Assembly: GCA_050946615.1 (NCBI GenBank)
Contig: JBMNVD010000003.1
Location: 4,177 to 68,176 of the forward strand
DNA from: Eubacterium sp.
GTDB lineage: Bacteria > Bacillota > Clostridia > Peptostreptococcales > Anaerovoracaceae
Direction of reading: 5' to 3'
DNA: 64,000 nucleotides
Shown piece after piece: positions 38,191 to 46,510 of the stretch. Both the position numbers and the translations under genes were made by a program. Each line of letters starts with the position of its first letter. The first letter of the stretch is position 1. The notes under the pieces were generated by a model that had not been told where the DNA came from, did no database searches, and worked only from the letters and a program-made list of their open reading frames with translations.

Positions 38191-39506
38191 AACCAGATAA
38201 AGGCATACATAAAAAAATTGCCCGGTACATGATACCGAGCATGCTCAGCAATATTTGTTACTTCTTTTTCACCGTCATCGACGGTATCTTCATCGGGCGC
38301 GGCGTCGGCACAGACGCACTTGGCGCCGTAAACATAGTCATGCCGTACGTCATGCTTTCGGCGGCCGTTTTTCAACTTGTGAGCATAGGAGGAGCTACTA
38401 TCTGTGCGGTAGACATCGGCAGAGGCGAAAAGGAAAAGGCTCAGCACATCTTCCGCAGCAGCGTGGTTTTCCTGTTTATTGTGGCAGCGATATTATGTTT
38501 TGCGGGCGTCGTCTTTACAGAGCCCATCTGCCGCGCATTTGGCGCGGACGACACATATATCTCCATGTCCTCTGACTACCTGTTCTGGTACGCCGCGTTC
38601 ATAATTCCTTCAGGACTTTCGCTCTGCATCCAGGCATTCTGCAGGAACGACGACGACCCGTCGCTGGTCGGAGCTGCGGTGCTTATTTCCACGGGGATGA
38701 ACATTTTCGGAGACTGGTTATTCGTGTTACCTCTCGGCATGGGGACAAAAGGTGCGGCTTTGGCGACGGGGATTTCAGAGACGGCAGGGCTTCTGATTAC
38801 TCTCCTTCATTTTGTCCGCAAAAAAGGCATACTTCGCTTCGGGAAAGTCAAACTCGATCCTAAAACTTTCAAAGACATTGCGGCTCACGGGCTGCCGGAG
38901 GGAGTCAGCCAGCTCGCCACGCCTGTCATGACTCTGTGCATGAACCTCGTTCTCGTACATCGCATAGGCGATATCGGGGTCAATACATTCTCGATAATAT
39001 CATACGTGTCTTCGTTCACTATCGCCGTGTTCTTTGGGACGAGTGAAGGACTGCAGCCTCTGTTCGGTCTGACGTACGGAATGAAAGACGAAAAAAATCT
39101 CAAATATATTTTCCGCGCAGGGATAATAGTCAACTTTGCGGGAAGTTTTATCGTGACAAGTCTGATACTTCTCTTTGACAGGCAGATATGCGGCTTGTTC
39201 GCCGCCGACCCGGAAACGCTCGAATATACGCTGTCGGCATTGCCTAAATTCTCGTGGGGATTCGTCATCATGGCTTTCACCGTCATGATATCGGCTTACC
39301 TCTACTCGACGGAACGTCTGAAATACGCTCTCATACTGAACGTGCTCAGGAGCGTCGTTGTAGATGTACTCATTATTACCATCCTGCCTTATATTTTCGG
39401 TGCGGGAATAATCTGGTACACGTTCGGCATCTACGAAAGCATAGTTTTTGTTATCGCGGTGTTTTTGCTGAAACGTTCGGAGCGGAACGGGATAAAATTC
39501 AAATAG
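38160..39506 (+). CDS. MATE family efflux transporter
   Basis: It has about 12 TM segments and a typical MATE N-terminus (IHKKIARYMIPSMLSN...VIDGIFIGRGVG). The start is taken at the ATG at 38160, giving 448 aa, and it overlaps the marR 3' end. Confidence 0.85.
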   Translation: MRLWKSAGSLKPDKGIHKKIARYMIPSMLSNICYFFFTVIDGIFIGRGVGTDALGAVNIVMPYVMLSAAVFQLVSIGGATICAVDIGRGEKEKAQHIFRSSVVFLFIVAAILCFAGVVFTEPICRAFGADDTYISMSSDYLFWYAAFIIPSGLSLCIQAFCRNDDDPSLVGAAVLISTGMNIFGDWLFVLPLGMGTKGAALATGISETAGLLITLLHFVRKKGILRFGKVKLDPKTFKDIAAHGLPEGVSQLATPVMTLCMNLVLVHRIGDIGVNTFSIISYVSSFTIAVFFGTSEGLQPLFGLTYGMKDEKNLKYIFRAGIIVNFAGSFIVTSLILLFDRQICGLFAADPETLEYTLSALPKFSWGFVIMAFTVMISAYLYSTERLKYALILNVLRSVVVDVLIITILPYIFGAGIIWYTFGIYESIVFVIAVFLLKRSERNGIKFK

Positions 39507-39573
39507 GGCTCATTCGCGGCCGTGCTCCCCTTATACTGAAGCGCATCACCGCTCACGCACATATCAAAACAAA

Positions 39574-39606
39574 ACTCGGAAAAGCCGACGCTCTCCGAGT
39601 TTTTTT
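39574..39606 (+). terminator. Rho-independent terminator after the MATE gene
   Basis: The stem ACTCGGA/TCCGAGT is followed by TTTTTT. Confidence 0.7.
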
Positions 39607-39636
39607 ACAGTACAAGTTTTTTCAAAATATGATGCG

Positions 39637-39780
39637 GTCCGCGCTAATTTGTTCTGAGGCCCGGCACCGCCCGCGCTCATATTAACTTAGGCCAGTTACA
39701 GTCCGCGCTCCAATTTTCTGAGGCCCGGCACCGCCAGCGCTCATATTAACTTAGGCCGGTTACATTCCGCGCTCCTCGAG
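39637..39780. repeat. 64-bp tandem repeat (about 2.2 copies) overlapping the 3' end of the acyl-CoA ligase gene
   Basis: The unit GTCCGCGCT..TTCTGAGGCCCGGCACCGCC(C/A)GCGCTCATATTAACTTAGGCC(A/G)GTTACA starts at 39637 and 39701. A partial third copy starts at 39765 and includes the stop codon at 39760-39762. Confidence 0.85.
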
Positions 39781-41550
39781 TTCCTTTTCTATCTCGACTC
39801 GTTCCTGATTGCGCTTCGTTTTCTGCGTCGTAGTCTTCACGGTCGGCCGATCTGACAGATAAAAGTGCCTTATCGCCTTGAATCTCGGGAGCGTTGCGTT
39901 GATGCGCTCTAAATCGCGCGCGAAAATCTTTTCGAGGTCCTCGACGGTGAGATTGTTCTGCGCGAGATACGCGTCGGAATAGACGACTTTCACCCAGAGC
40001 GAGATATCGCCGCACCAGATGCGCGAGAAAACCATGCTCTCCTGCACGTACGGCAGGAAGTTGACCAAAGTCTCGATTTCCTCAGGGAACACTTTTTTGC
40101 CGCTCTTCAATACGATAACGTTCTTTTTGCGGCCCGTTATCCAGAGATAGTTGTCCTTATCAAAGTATCCGAGGTCGCCCGTGTGGAACCAGCCGTCCTC
40201 TGAAATGACTTCGCGCGTGGCTTCTTCGTCACCGCTGTATCCCATCATCACGTTGTCCCCGCGCACGCAGAGTTCGCCGATGCCGTTTTCATCGGGATCC
40301 TCTATCCGCGTTTCTATATTCGGGAGCGCCATGCCGCACGAGCCCGGCTTTACGTGTCCGACGTACTCGCTTGCGACCGTAGGAGCGCACTCGGACAGAC
40401 CGTAGCCTTGGACAGTCAGAATGCCGAACTCGTTGAAGCCGCGCGAAACTTCGGGGTTGATAGGTGCCGCGCCGTTGACGATGAATCTCAGATGGCCGCC
40501 GAGCTGGTCGATAATGGAGCTGAAGACCCTGCGCCTCACGTTGGTGCCGATGCCGAACCTGTCTGCGGCGTCGCAGAATTTGCGGGCCATCTGGACCTGA
40601 GCCAGTTTGCCCTGTTTTTCCGCGGTCTTCATGATGCGCTTGTATATCGTCTCGACGAGAAGAGGCACCGTCAGCAGGACAGTGACTTTATATTCGCGAA
40701 GATTCTCGGTTATGTGCTTGAGACCGTCCGTGAACGCGATTGACATCCCCTGAGAAATGAACGTCAAAACGCCGCCCATGCCATAGCAGTGATGGAGCGG
40801 TAAAATCATAAGTGAAACGTCCTGCGGCGTGAATTCTTCGACGAGATTCATGCCGTAATTGACTGCCATGATGTTCTTCTGGGACAGCATGACGGCCTTT
40901 GATTTGGATGTGGTCCCGGACGTAAACAGCAGGCATGCGAGAGCTTCTCTGTCGATAGGCCTTTCGGCGTATTCCTTATATCCGTCTAAGCAGAGTTCTT
41001 CCCCTCTGATTATCAGATCGACCATGCTGAGTCCGCCGTCCGGAACAAAATCGAGACCTATCACATATTCAAGGTCCGTTTTCCCGTCGTCAAAAACCTC
41101 TTTGACGATTTCATATCTCCTCTTGTCGCAGAAAATCGCCCTTGCTCCGCTGCGCTGCAGCATGCTCTCGAGTTCTTCTTTCTGGATGAGCCTGTCGAGA
41201 GGAACTATCACGCCGAGTCCGCACGCGACGGCAAAATACGAGAGGCACCATTTATAACTGTTCTCGCCTATCAAAGCGATATTTTCACCGCCGAGTCCCA
41301 TGTCCAAAAGCGCGCTGCCGACGCAGTTCACCTCATAGAAAAGTTTTTTATACGTAGTGTAGATGTACTGCGGCGCACCGCTCTCATCCTTTGTTTTGGT
41401 GATGAAGGCGACTCTGAAACCGTATTTTTCCGACGAAGTCCTGAGCATATCTCTCAGATCTGTAAACTCGCGGAAGCTGCGGGCGAGTTCGCGATTCCTG
41501 AGCGGGTATCCTCTGTAAAAATTCTTGATATTTTTTCTTTTTCTATCCAT
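39760..41550 (-). CDS. AMP-dependent synthetase/ligase (long-chain fatty-acid--CoA ligase type)
   Basis: The AMP-binding motif LFTSGTTSKSKAVMLSQKN is present, with later GYGLSE and TGDLGYFDKDNYLWITGRKKN motifs. The start is trimmed to the ATG at 41548-41550 (MDRKRKN) because the longer ORF runs through the tRNA gene. Confidence 0.85.
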   Translation of the reverse strand: MDRKRKNIKNFYRGYPLRNRELARSFREFTDLRDMLRTSSEKYGFRVAFITKTKDESGAPQYIYTTYKKLFYEVNCVGSALLDMGLGGENIALIGENSYKWCLSYFAVACGLGVIVPLDRLIQKEELESMLQRSGARAIFCDKRRYEIVKEVFDDGKTDLEYVIGLDFVPDGGLSMVDLIIRGEELCLDGYKEYAERPIDREALACLLFTSGTTSKSKAVMLSQKNIMAVNYGMNLVEEFTPQDVSLMILPLHHCYGMGGVLTFISQGMSIAFTDGLKHITENLREYKVTVLLTVPLLVETIYKRIMKTAEKQGKLAQVQMARKFCDAADRFGIGTNVRRRVFSSIIDQLGGHLRFIVNGAAPINPEVSRGFNEFGILTVQGYGLSECAPTVASEYVGHVKPGSCGMALPNIETRIEDPDENGIGELCVRGDNVMMGYSGDEEATREVISEDGWFHTGDLGYFDKDNYLWITGRKKNVIVLKSGKKVFPEEIETLVNFLPYVQESMVFSRIWCGDISLWVKVVYSDAYLAQNNLTVEDLEKIFARDLERINATLPRFKAIRHFYLSDRPTVKTTTQKTKRNQERVEIEKELEERGM

Positions 41551-41591
41551 TATCAGTGCAATCTCTATCCCTTTATTTATCAAAAATATTT

Positions 41592-41667
41592 TGGTGCGCC
41601 AGGGGGGATTCGAACCCCCGGCCTCCACATTCGGAGTGTGTCACTCTATCCCCTGAGCTACTGGCGC
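41592..41667 (-). tRNA. tRNA-Arg (anticodon CCG)
   Basis: My hand-folded 76-nt cloverleaf has acceptor GCGCCAG/CTGGCGC, D-arm GCTC..GAGT, anticodon loop CTCCGAA, T-arm GGGGG-TTCGAAT-CCCCC and an encoded CCA. Confidence 0.9.
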
Positions 41668-41684
41668 GCGTATGGCTTATTTTA

Positions 41685-43028
41685 TCACAACAGCGAGTTT
41701 GAGTCTATTATTCTGAAACATGTGTTGCCAAAAATGTCGACTATTTTTACCGAGATTACGTCGCCTTTATTAACCTGTGAAGACAAAGATAACGCGATTT
41801 TTCCGTTTTCTCGCAGGAAAAGTTCCGTCGGTCTGTGCACGCTGCCGTCGTATGCGAAATCGACGCTCCACATGAGTATCAGTTCCTCCGGACTCTTTTT
41901 TGCCAGATCTCTTATCTCCTTTTCCTTCTCTTCCGAATCGGATATAGGGATGTTCGATATCCTTACCGATTTGATGGAAATATCCACGTTGCAGAGCCCC
42001 TCGGAAGGTCCCTGCTCTGCCGATGCGGAAAGATAAGCCGTCAGGCCGCCCGTATCGCTGCCGTACCCTAAGACTTCAAACGATATTTCGTCCCTCATAA
42101 GGCGCGCCATTGCCGTCTCGACGGCGAGGCCGCCCTTGTCGACCATGATGAACCGTCTTCCCAGTTTGGCAGCCGCCGCTCCGGTCGTGCCGCTTCCGCA
42201 GAAGAAATCAGCGACGAGGTCTCCTTCCTCCGTGCAGCATTCTATCATGCGTTTTATCAGCGCCTCCGGCTTCTGCGTCGCATACCCTGTCCTCTCGGAC
42301 GAAGTGCGTCCGACCATGTCGATGCTCCAGACATCCTTCATATTTACGACGGTGTACCAGCCGACTTCGTCTTCAAACTCTTCGACTCCCTTGAATCTGT
42401 AAGGCTTCAGGCCGCGGTTGTACGATTTTTCCTTGAGCGGGAAGAACTTATATTTTGCCGTCTTCGAATAGACGAGTATGTTGTCGTGCTTGCGCGAAAA
42501 ATGTCTTTTGCTGCTGCCTCCCGATTTATATTCCCAGATTATTTCGTTGACAAAGCGCTCTGCCCCGAATATCTCGTCCATGAGCGATTTCACGGAATCC
42601 ACGGCATGCCAGTCAAGATGGACGAATATCAGGCCGTCGTCTGCGAGCAGGTCCCTCATCTGCATAAGCCGCGGAGCGAGCATTTTAAGGTATTCGGCCA
42701 TGCCGCTGCTCCACCTGTCTTTATACGCCGCGTGTCGCACCGTGCTGCCTCCCGCTTTGGCGACCGCCTCGTAGTCGGACATCGAGAAGAACGGCGGGTC
42801 GATGTAAATCATATTTATCTTCCCGGCTATCGCGGGATTTATCGCAAGTTCCGCCATGATACGGCGGTTGTCGCCGCGTATCAGCATGCCGCTGCTTTCG
42901 GTGTGTATGAGACTTGAACTTGTTATCTCTTCCTGCAGTTTGAGGCCGCTGCGCTTTGACGCAAGCGTGCGCTTATACATCGCTTCCGACGATCTGTAGA
43001 TCCTGTTGAGTTCTCTGAGAAGTCCCAT
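41685..43028 (-). CDS. Site-specific DNA methyltransferase, beta-class N6A/N4C type (Mod-like), no partner endonuclease in the window
   Basis: Motif IV IYIDPPF precedes motif I DFFCGSGTTGAAAAKLGRRFIMVD, which is the beta permutation. About 110 aa at the C-terminus are unassigned. Length is 447 aa. Confidence 0.85.
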   Translation of the reverse strand: MGLLRELNRIYRSSEAMYKRTLASKRSGLKLQEEITSSSLIHTESSGMLIRGDNRRIMAELAINPAIAGKINMIYIDPPFFSMSDYEAVAKAGGSTVRHAAYKDRWSSGMAEYLKMLAPRLMQMRDLLADDGLIFVHLDWHAVDSVKSLMDEIFGAERFVNEIIWEYKSGGSSKRHFSRKHDNILVYSKTAKYKFFPLKEKSYNRGLKPYRFKGVEEFEDEVGWYTVVNMKDVWSIDMVGRTSSERTGYATQKPEALIKRMIECCTEEGDLVADFFCGSGTTGAAAAKLGRRFIMVDKGGLAVETAMARLMRDEISFEVLGYGSDTGGLTAYLSASAEQGPSEGLCNVDISIKSVRISNIPISDSEEKEKEIRDLAKKSPEELILMWSVDFAYDGSVHRPTELFLRENGKIALSLSSQVNKGDVISVKIVDIFGNTCFRIIDSNSLL

Positions 43029-43044
43029 GGTTCAGCCGCCTTTC

Positions 43045-44151
43045 TTAGACTGCCTGCTTTTCCTCCGGCGATGCGATAGTGCCGCCTCCGACAACGACGT
43101 CTCCGTCGTAGAAGACAGCCGCCTGCCCGCAGGTGATAGCCCGCTGCGGCTCGTCAAACTCCACTTCCGCCGTATCCCGCGAAAGCGGCCTGACCGTGCA
43201 TGGCGCGTCGTTCTGGCTGTAGCGGACTTTCGCTCTCGTCTTGAAATCCGAGCGCGGAGGTTCACAAGCGATATAGTTTACGTCTTTGACAAAGAATTTC
43301 TTTGAAAACAGAGCGTCGTTCCTGCCGAGAATCACTTTGTTCGATGCGGCGTCTTTTGCGCATACGTACAGCGGCTCAGGCAGAGCGAGCCCCAGACCTT
43401 TCCTTTGACCTATAGTATACTTTATCAATCCTTTGTGGCGTCCCAGCACTTTTCCGTCCGGGCCGACAAAATCTCCCGCCTTATATTTTTTCCCGGTCGT
43501 GCGCTCTATAAAAGAAGCGTAGTCGCCGTCCGGGATGAAGCAGATGTCCTGACTGTCGTGCTTGTGTGCGTTTGAAAATCCGCATTTCTCGGCTATCTCG
43601 CGCGTATGCTCCTTTGTCATCTCTCCGATAGGAAGATACAGTTTCGCGAGTCTGTCCTGAGTCAGCGAATAGAGCACATAAGTCTGGTCTTTGTGCCTGT
43701 CCTCCGCGCGCATCAAAAGATACCTGCCTGTCGCGTCATCGCGCTTTACTTTCGCATAATGTCCCGTCACTACGCGTCCGACGCCCGCCTCCATGGCGAT
43801 GTCGAACAGCCTGCCGAATTTTATTCTTTTATTGCAGATGACACACGGATTCGGCGTCCTTCCGGCTTCGTACTCCGCGATGAAACGGTCGATGACTTCG
43901 CGCCTGAAATCATCCTCGAGATCCATGAGGCAAAAGTCCATACCGAGTCTTTCGCATACGGCTTCGGCGTCGCCCGCGTCGCGCGCTTCTCCGAAGAGCT
44001 GCATGGTCACTCCCACGGCCTCGCACCCCGCTTCGAGCGTCAGGTATGCCGCGACCGAACTGTCGACTCCTCCGCTCATCGCGACTATAGCGCGTCCGGA
44101 AACTTCATCTGTCTTAAATGCTTTGCTTAATTCGTTCTGTTTTATCATCAA
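43045..44151 (-). CDS. mnmA: tRNA 2-thiouridine(34) synthase MnmA
   Basis: The PP-loop VAMSGGVDSSVAAYL, the CNKRIKFG region and the DQTYVL motif are present. Length is 368 aa. Confidence 0.95.
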   Translation of the reverse strand: MMIKQNELSKAFKTDEVSGRAIVAMSGGVDSSVAAYLTLEAGCEAVGVTMQLFGEARDAGDAEAVCERLGMDFCLMDLEDDFRREVIDRFIAEYEAGRTPNPCVICNKRIKFGRLFDIAMEAGVGRVVTGHYAKVKRDDATGRYLLMRAEDRHKDQTYVLYSLTQDRLAKLYLPIGEMTKEHTREIAEKCGFSNAHKHDSQDICFIPDGDYASFIERTTGKKYKAGDFVGPDGKVLGRHKGLIKYTIGQRKGLGLALPEPLYVCAKDAASNKVILGRNDALFSKKFFVKDVNYIACEPPRSDFKTRAKVRYSQNDAPCTVRPLSRDTAEVEFDEPQRAITCGQAAVFYDGDVVVGGGTIASPEEKQAV

Positions 44152-44183
44152 TATTACTTATTTGCCCGCGTTGTTTATCTTTA

Positions 44184-44834
44184 TTAACGTTCTTTATAAA
44201 CGTTCTTTACAATATCTTCCACAATGCTCGCCGTGATCCCCCAGATAACATTCCCCTCGTACTCGGGATATATCGGGACATTGTGTTTTGCCGTGCGCCA
44301 CGCGTAATCTTCACCGATGCCGACTTTATCGTACGGGAAACCGCGCATGTCCGATGTCACGGGATGGAAATGGTCTTCAGGCCGGTTTTCGACAAAAAAA
44401 TCGAACGGCACCGTGAAAACGGAATCGACCTCATCTTTCTGCAGCACTATCCTGTCAAGAGCCGCGGGATATATCGATGCGATGATGGAATACAGCGTGT
44501 AGTCAGCAAATCCGCAGAGCGCGTTGCCGTCGCCGATAACACTGATGTCGCCGCGTCCCAGTCCGATTTCTTCCATCGTTTCACGCAGCGCGCAGTCCAG
44601 AGCAGTCTCGCCTTTTTCGAAGTGGCCGCCCGGGAAACAGATCTCGCTGGGCTGCGAGAGCATATCCTTTGCACGCTTCTCGAACAACAGGCATAGCTTC
44701 CCGTCTTTTTCGACAAAAGGAACGAGCACCGAATAGAATCTGTGTCTGCCTATCGGCTCGGGGACGTGATCGGAATATATTCTTTTGATGTCGGCAAGCG
44801 CCGTGCCGCCGAAGGATTTATCGCTGCTGGCCAT
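44184..44834 (-). CDS. NUDIX hydrolase (CoA pyrophosphatase-like)
   Basis: The NUDIX box is GGHFEKGETALDCALRETMEEIGL. The start is trimmed to the ATG at 44832-44834, because the longer ORF would run through the terminator at 44883-44908. Confidence 0.8.
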   Translation of the reverse strand: MASSDKSFGGTALADIKRIYSDHVPEPIGRHRFYSVLVPFVEKDGKLCLLFEKRAKDMLSQPSEICFPGGHFEKGETALDCALRETMEEIGLGRGDISVIGDGNALCGFADYTLYSIIASIYPAALDRIVLQKDEVDSVFTVPFDFFVENRPEDHFHPVTSDMRGFPYDKVGIGEDYAWRTAKHNVPIYPEYEGNVIWGITASIVEDIVKNVYKER

Positions 44835-44882
44835 ATATGTATTAATACTCCTGTTTAATGATTTTATCACACCGGGGAATAT

Positions 44883-44908
44883 AAAAAAACCGGCGAACGA
44901 CGCCGGTT
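44883..44908 (-). terminator. Rho-independent terminator after the small P-loop gene
   Basis: The minus strand reads AACCGGCG-TCGTT-CGCCGGTT followed by TTTTTTT. Confidence 0.75.
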
Positions 44909-44995
44909 CTTTCAATGTAAGACAGCATTCTGCTGTGATTTTCGTTTGAATCGTTTATCTAATTGATTGATTTGTTCGTTTTGTCCGCTCCGAAA

Positions 44996-45418
44996 TCAGT
45001 TGAGTATCTCGTACTGCGAAAAGTCTACGCCGATCATCTCTTCCTTATCTGCGGAGAGGCTTACAACGAAGTCCATTCCGTAGTTCTTGGAGATGTCGCG
45101 GAGCCTGTCGAGAAATTCCGGTATATCACTGAGCGAGAAATCGGCGTGCTTGAGGATGCTGTCGATGTAGATCGTCTCGATATCGTGATCCGAACTGATT
45201 ATCCCGTAAAGGAATCCGATGTATTCGTCGCTGTTCGTGATGTGCTCGAAATCCTCCATGCAAACTACTCTTATCTTATACTTCAGGTCATACATCAAAC
45301 GGGCATTTTTATTGATAAATATCACGCTGCCGTTGGACTTTTCGACTTCCTCGTTAGCGAGTTCTATCATCAATTTCGTCTTTCCGGTGCCTTTATGCCC
45401 GATCAAAAGCTTAACCAT
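44996..45418 (-). CDS. Small P-loop NTPase of unknown function
   Basis: Walker A is GHKGTGKT and the Walker-B-like stretch is ETIYIDS. Length is 140 aa from the ATG at 45416-45418, which is preceded by GGAGGA at 7-nt spacing. Confidence 0.6.
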   Translation of the reverse strand: MVKLLIGHKGTGKTKLMIELANEEVEKSNGSVIFINKNARLMYDLKYKIRVVCMEDFEHITNSDEYIGFLYGIISSDHDIETIYIDSILKHADFSLSDIPEFLDRLRDISKNYGMDFVVSLSADKEEMIGVDFSQYEILN

Positions 45419-45457
45419 GTCGGTGTCCTCCACTTCTCAATTTATTGATATTATACA

Positions 45458-46507
45458 CTAACGGATGTTTTCATTCAATGAATAATTTGTATTGAGCCTC
45501 AACTGTCCGCACGCCGCGTCTATGTCGGATCCGAGTTCTCTGCGGACTGTCGCGGGAATGCCTTTCTGCTCTAAAAATGAGGCGATCTCGGCAGCTCTTT
45601 TCCTCGGGACTGTCTTCATGCCGGTCCCTTTCACGGCGTTCAGCGGTATCAGGTTCACATGGCAGAGCATCCCGCGCAGGAGAGCGGCGAGTTCGGATAT
45701 GCAGGCGTCGCTGTCGTTCACTCCCGAGACGAGCGTATACTCAAAAGTTATCCTTCTTCCTGTCTTTTCGGTATATCTCCTGCAGGCAGGTATGAGTTCT
45801 CCGAGCGGATATCTTTTGTTTATCGGCATCATCGATGAACGCATGTCGTCTTCCGGAGCGTGCAGCGATATCGCCAAGTTCACCTGATCGAAATCGTCAC
45901 CGAACCTGTCTATCATCGGCACTATTCCGCAGGTGGAGACTGTGATATTGCGCATTCCGATGGACAGACCTTTTTTCTCGTTGATTATGCGGATGAATTT
46001 TGCCACATTGTCGTAGTTATCAAAAGGTTCACCGGTCCCCATCACGACGACGTGACCTATCCTCTCGCCGGTTTCCGCTTCCGCCGCAAGGATCTCGGAA
46101 ACTATTTCCCCCGCAGTCAGGCCCCGTTCCAGACCTTTTTTTGTCGAAGCGCAGAACTTGCATCCCATGCGGCAGCCGGCCTGTGACGACACGCATACGG
46201 AGTTTCCGAAATTGTATTTCATGAAAACGGTCTCTATGGCATTTCCGTCTGAAAGACCGAATAGGAACTTGCGCGTGCCGTCTGTCTTTGATTCCTGCGC
46301 GCGCAGCGTCCTGAGCGTACCGATATACGCTGCCTCCGAAAGCCTTTCACGGAAAACTTCCGGAAGATTGCTCATCTCCCGGAAGTCCGTTTTTCCCTTA
46401 TAGACCCAGTCAAAGACCTGAGAAGCGCGATATGAAGGCGCTCCGAGTGATTTGACGAGTTCTTCTGTTTCACTGAGAGTAAGATTCCTCAGGTCGACGC
46501 GTTCCAT
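45458..46507 (-). CDS. rlmN: 23S rRNA (adenine2503-C2)-methyltransferase RlmN (radical SAM)
   Basis: The radical-SAM cluster motif is CRMGCKFCAS, and the C-terminal region is ACGQL. Length is 349 aa. Confidence 0.9.
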   Translation of the reverse strand: MERVDLRNLTLSETEELVKSLGAPSYRASQVFDWVYKGKTDFREMSNLPEVFRERLSEAAYIGTLRTLRAQESKTDGTRKFLFGLSDGNAIETVFMKYNFGNSVCVSSQAGCRMGCKFCASTKKGLERGLTAGEIVSEILAAEAETGERIGHVVVMGTGEPFDNYDNVAKFIRIINEKKGLSIGMRNITVSTCGIVPMIDRFGDDFDQVNLAISLHAPEDDMRSSMMPINKRYPLGELIPACRRYTEKTGRRITFEYTLVSGVNDSDACISELAALLRGMLCHVNLIPLNAVKGTGMKTVPRKRAAEIASFLEQKGIPATVRRELGSDIDAACGQLRLNTNYSLNENIR

Positions 46508-46510
46508 TTC

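Noticed and set aside
41551-41628. An N-terminal extension of the acyl-CoA ligase ORF (MEAGGSNPPWRT...)
   Set aside because: The extension reads through the tRNA-Arg gene on the same strand. An internal ATG (MDRKRKN) gives a normal-length AMP-binding enzyme.
41685-44151. A restriction-modification or defence island at the tRNA-Arg locus
   Set aside because: Only the methyltransferase is present. The flanking genes are housekeeping (mnmA, an acyl-CoA ligase). No integrase, endonuclease, helicase or direct repeats of the tRNA 3' end were seen.
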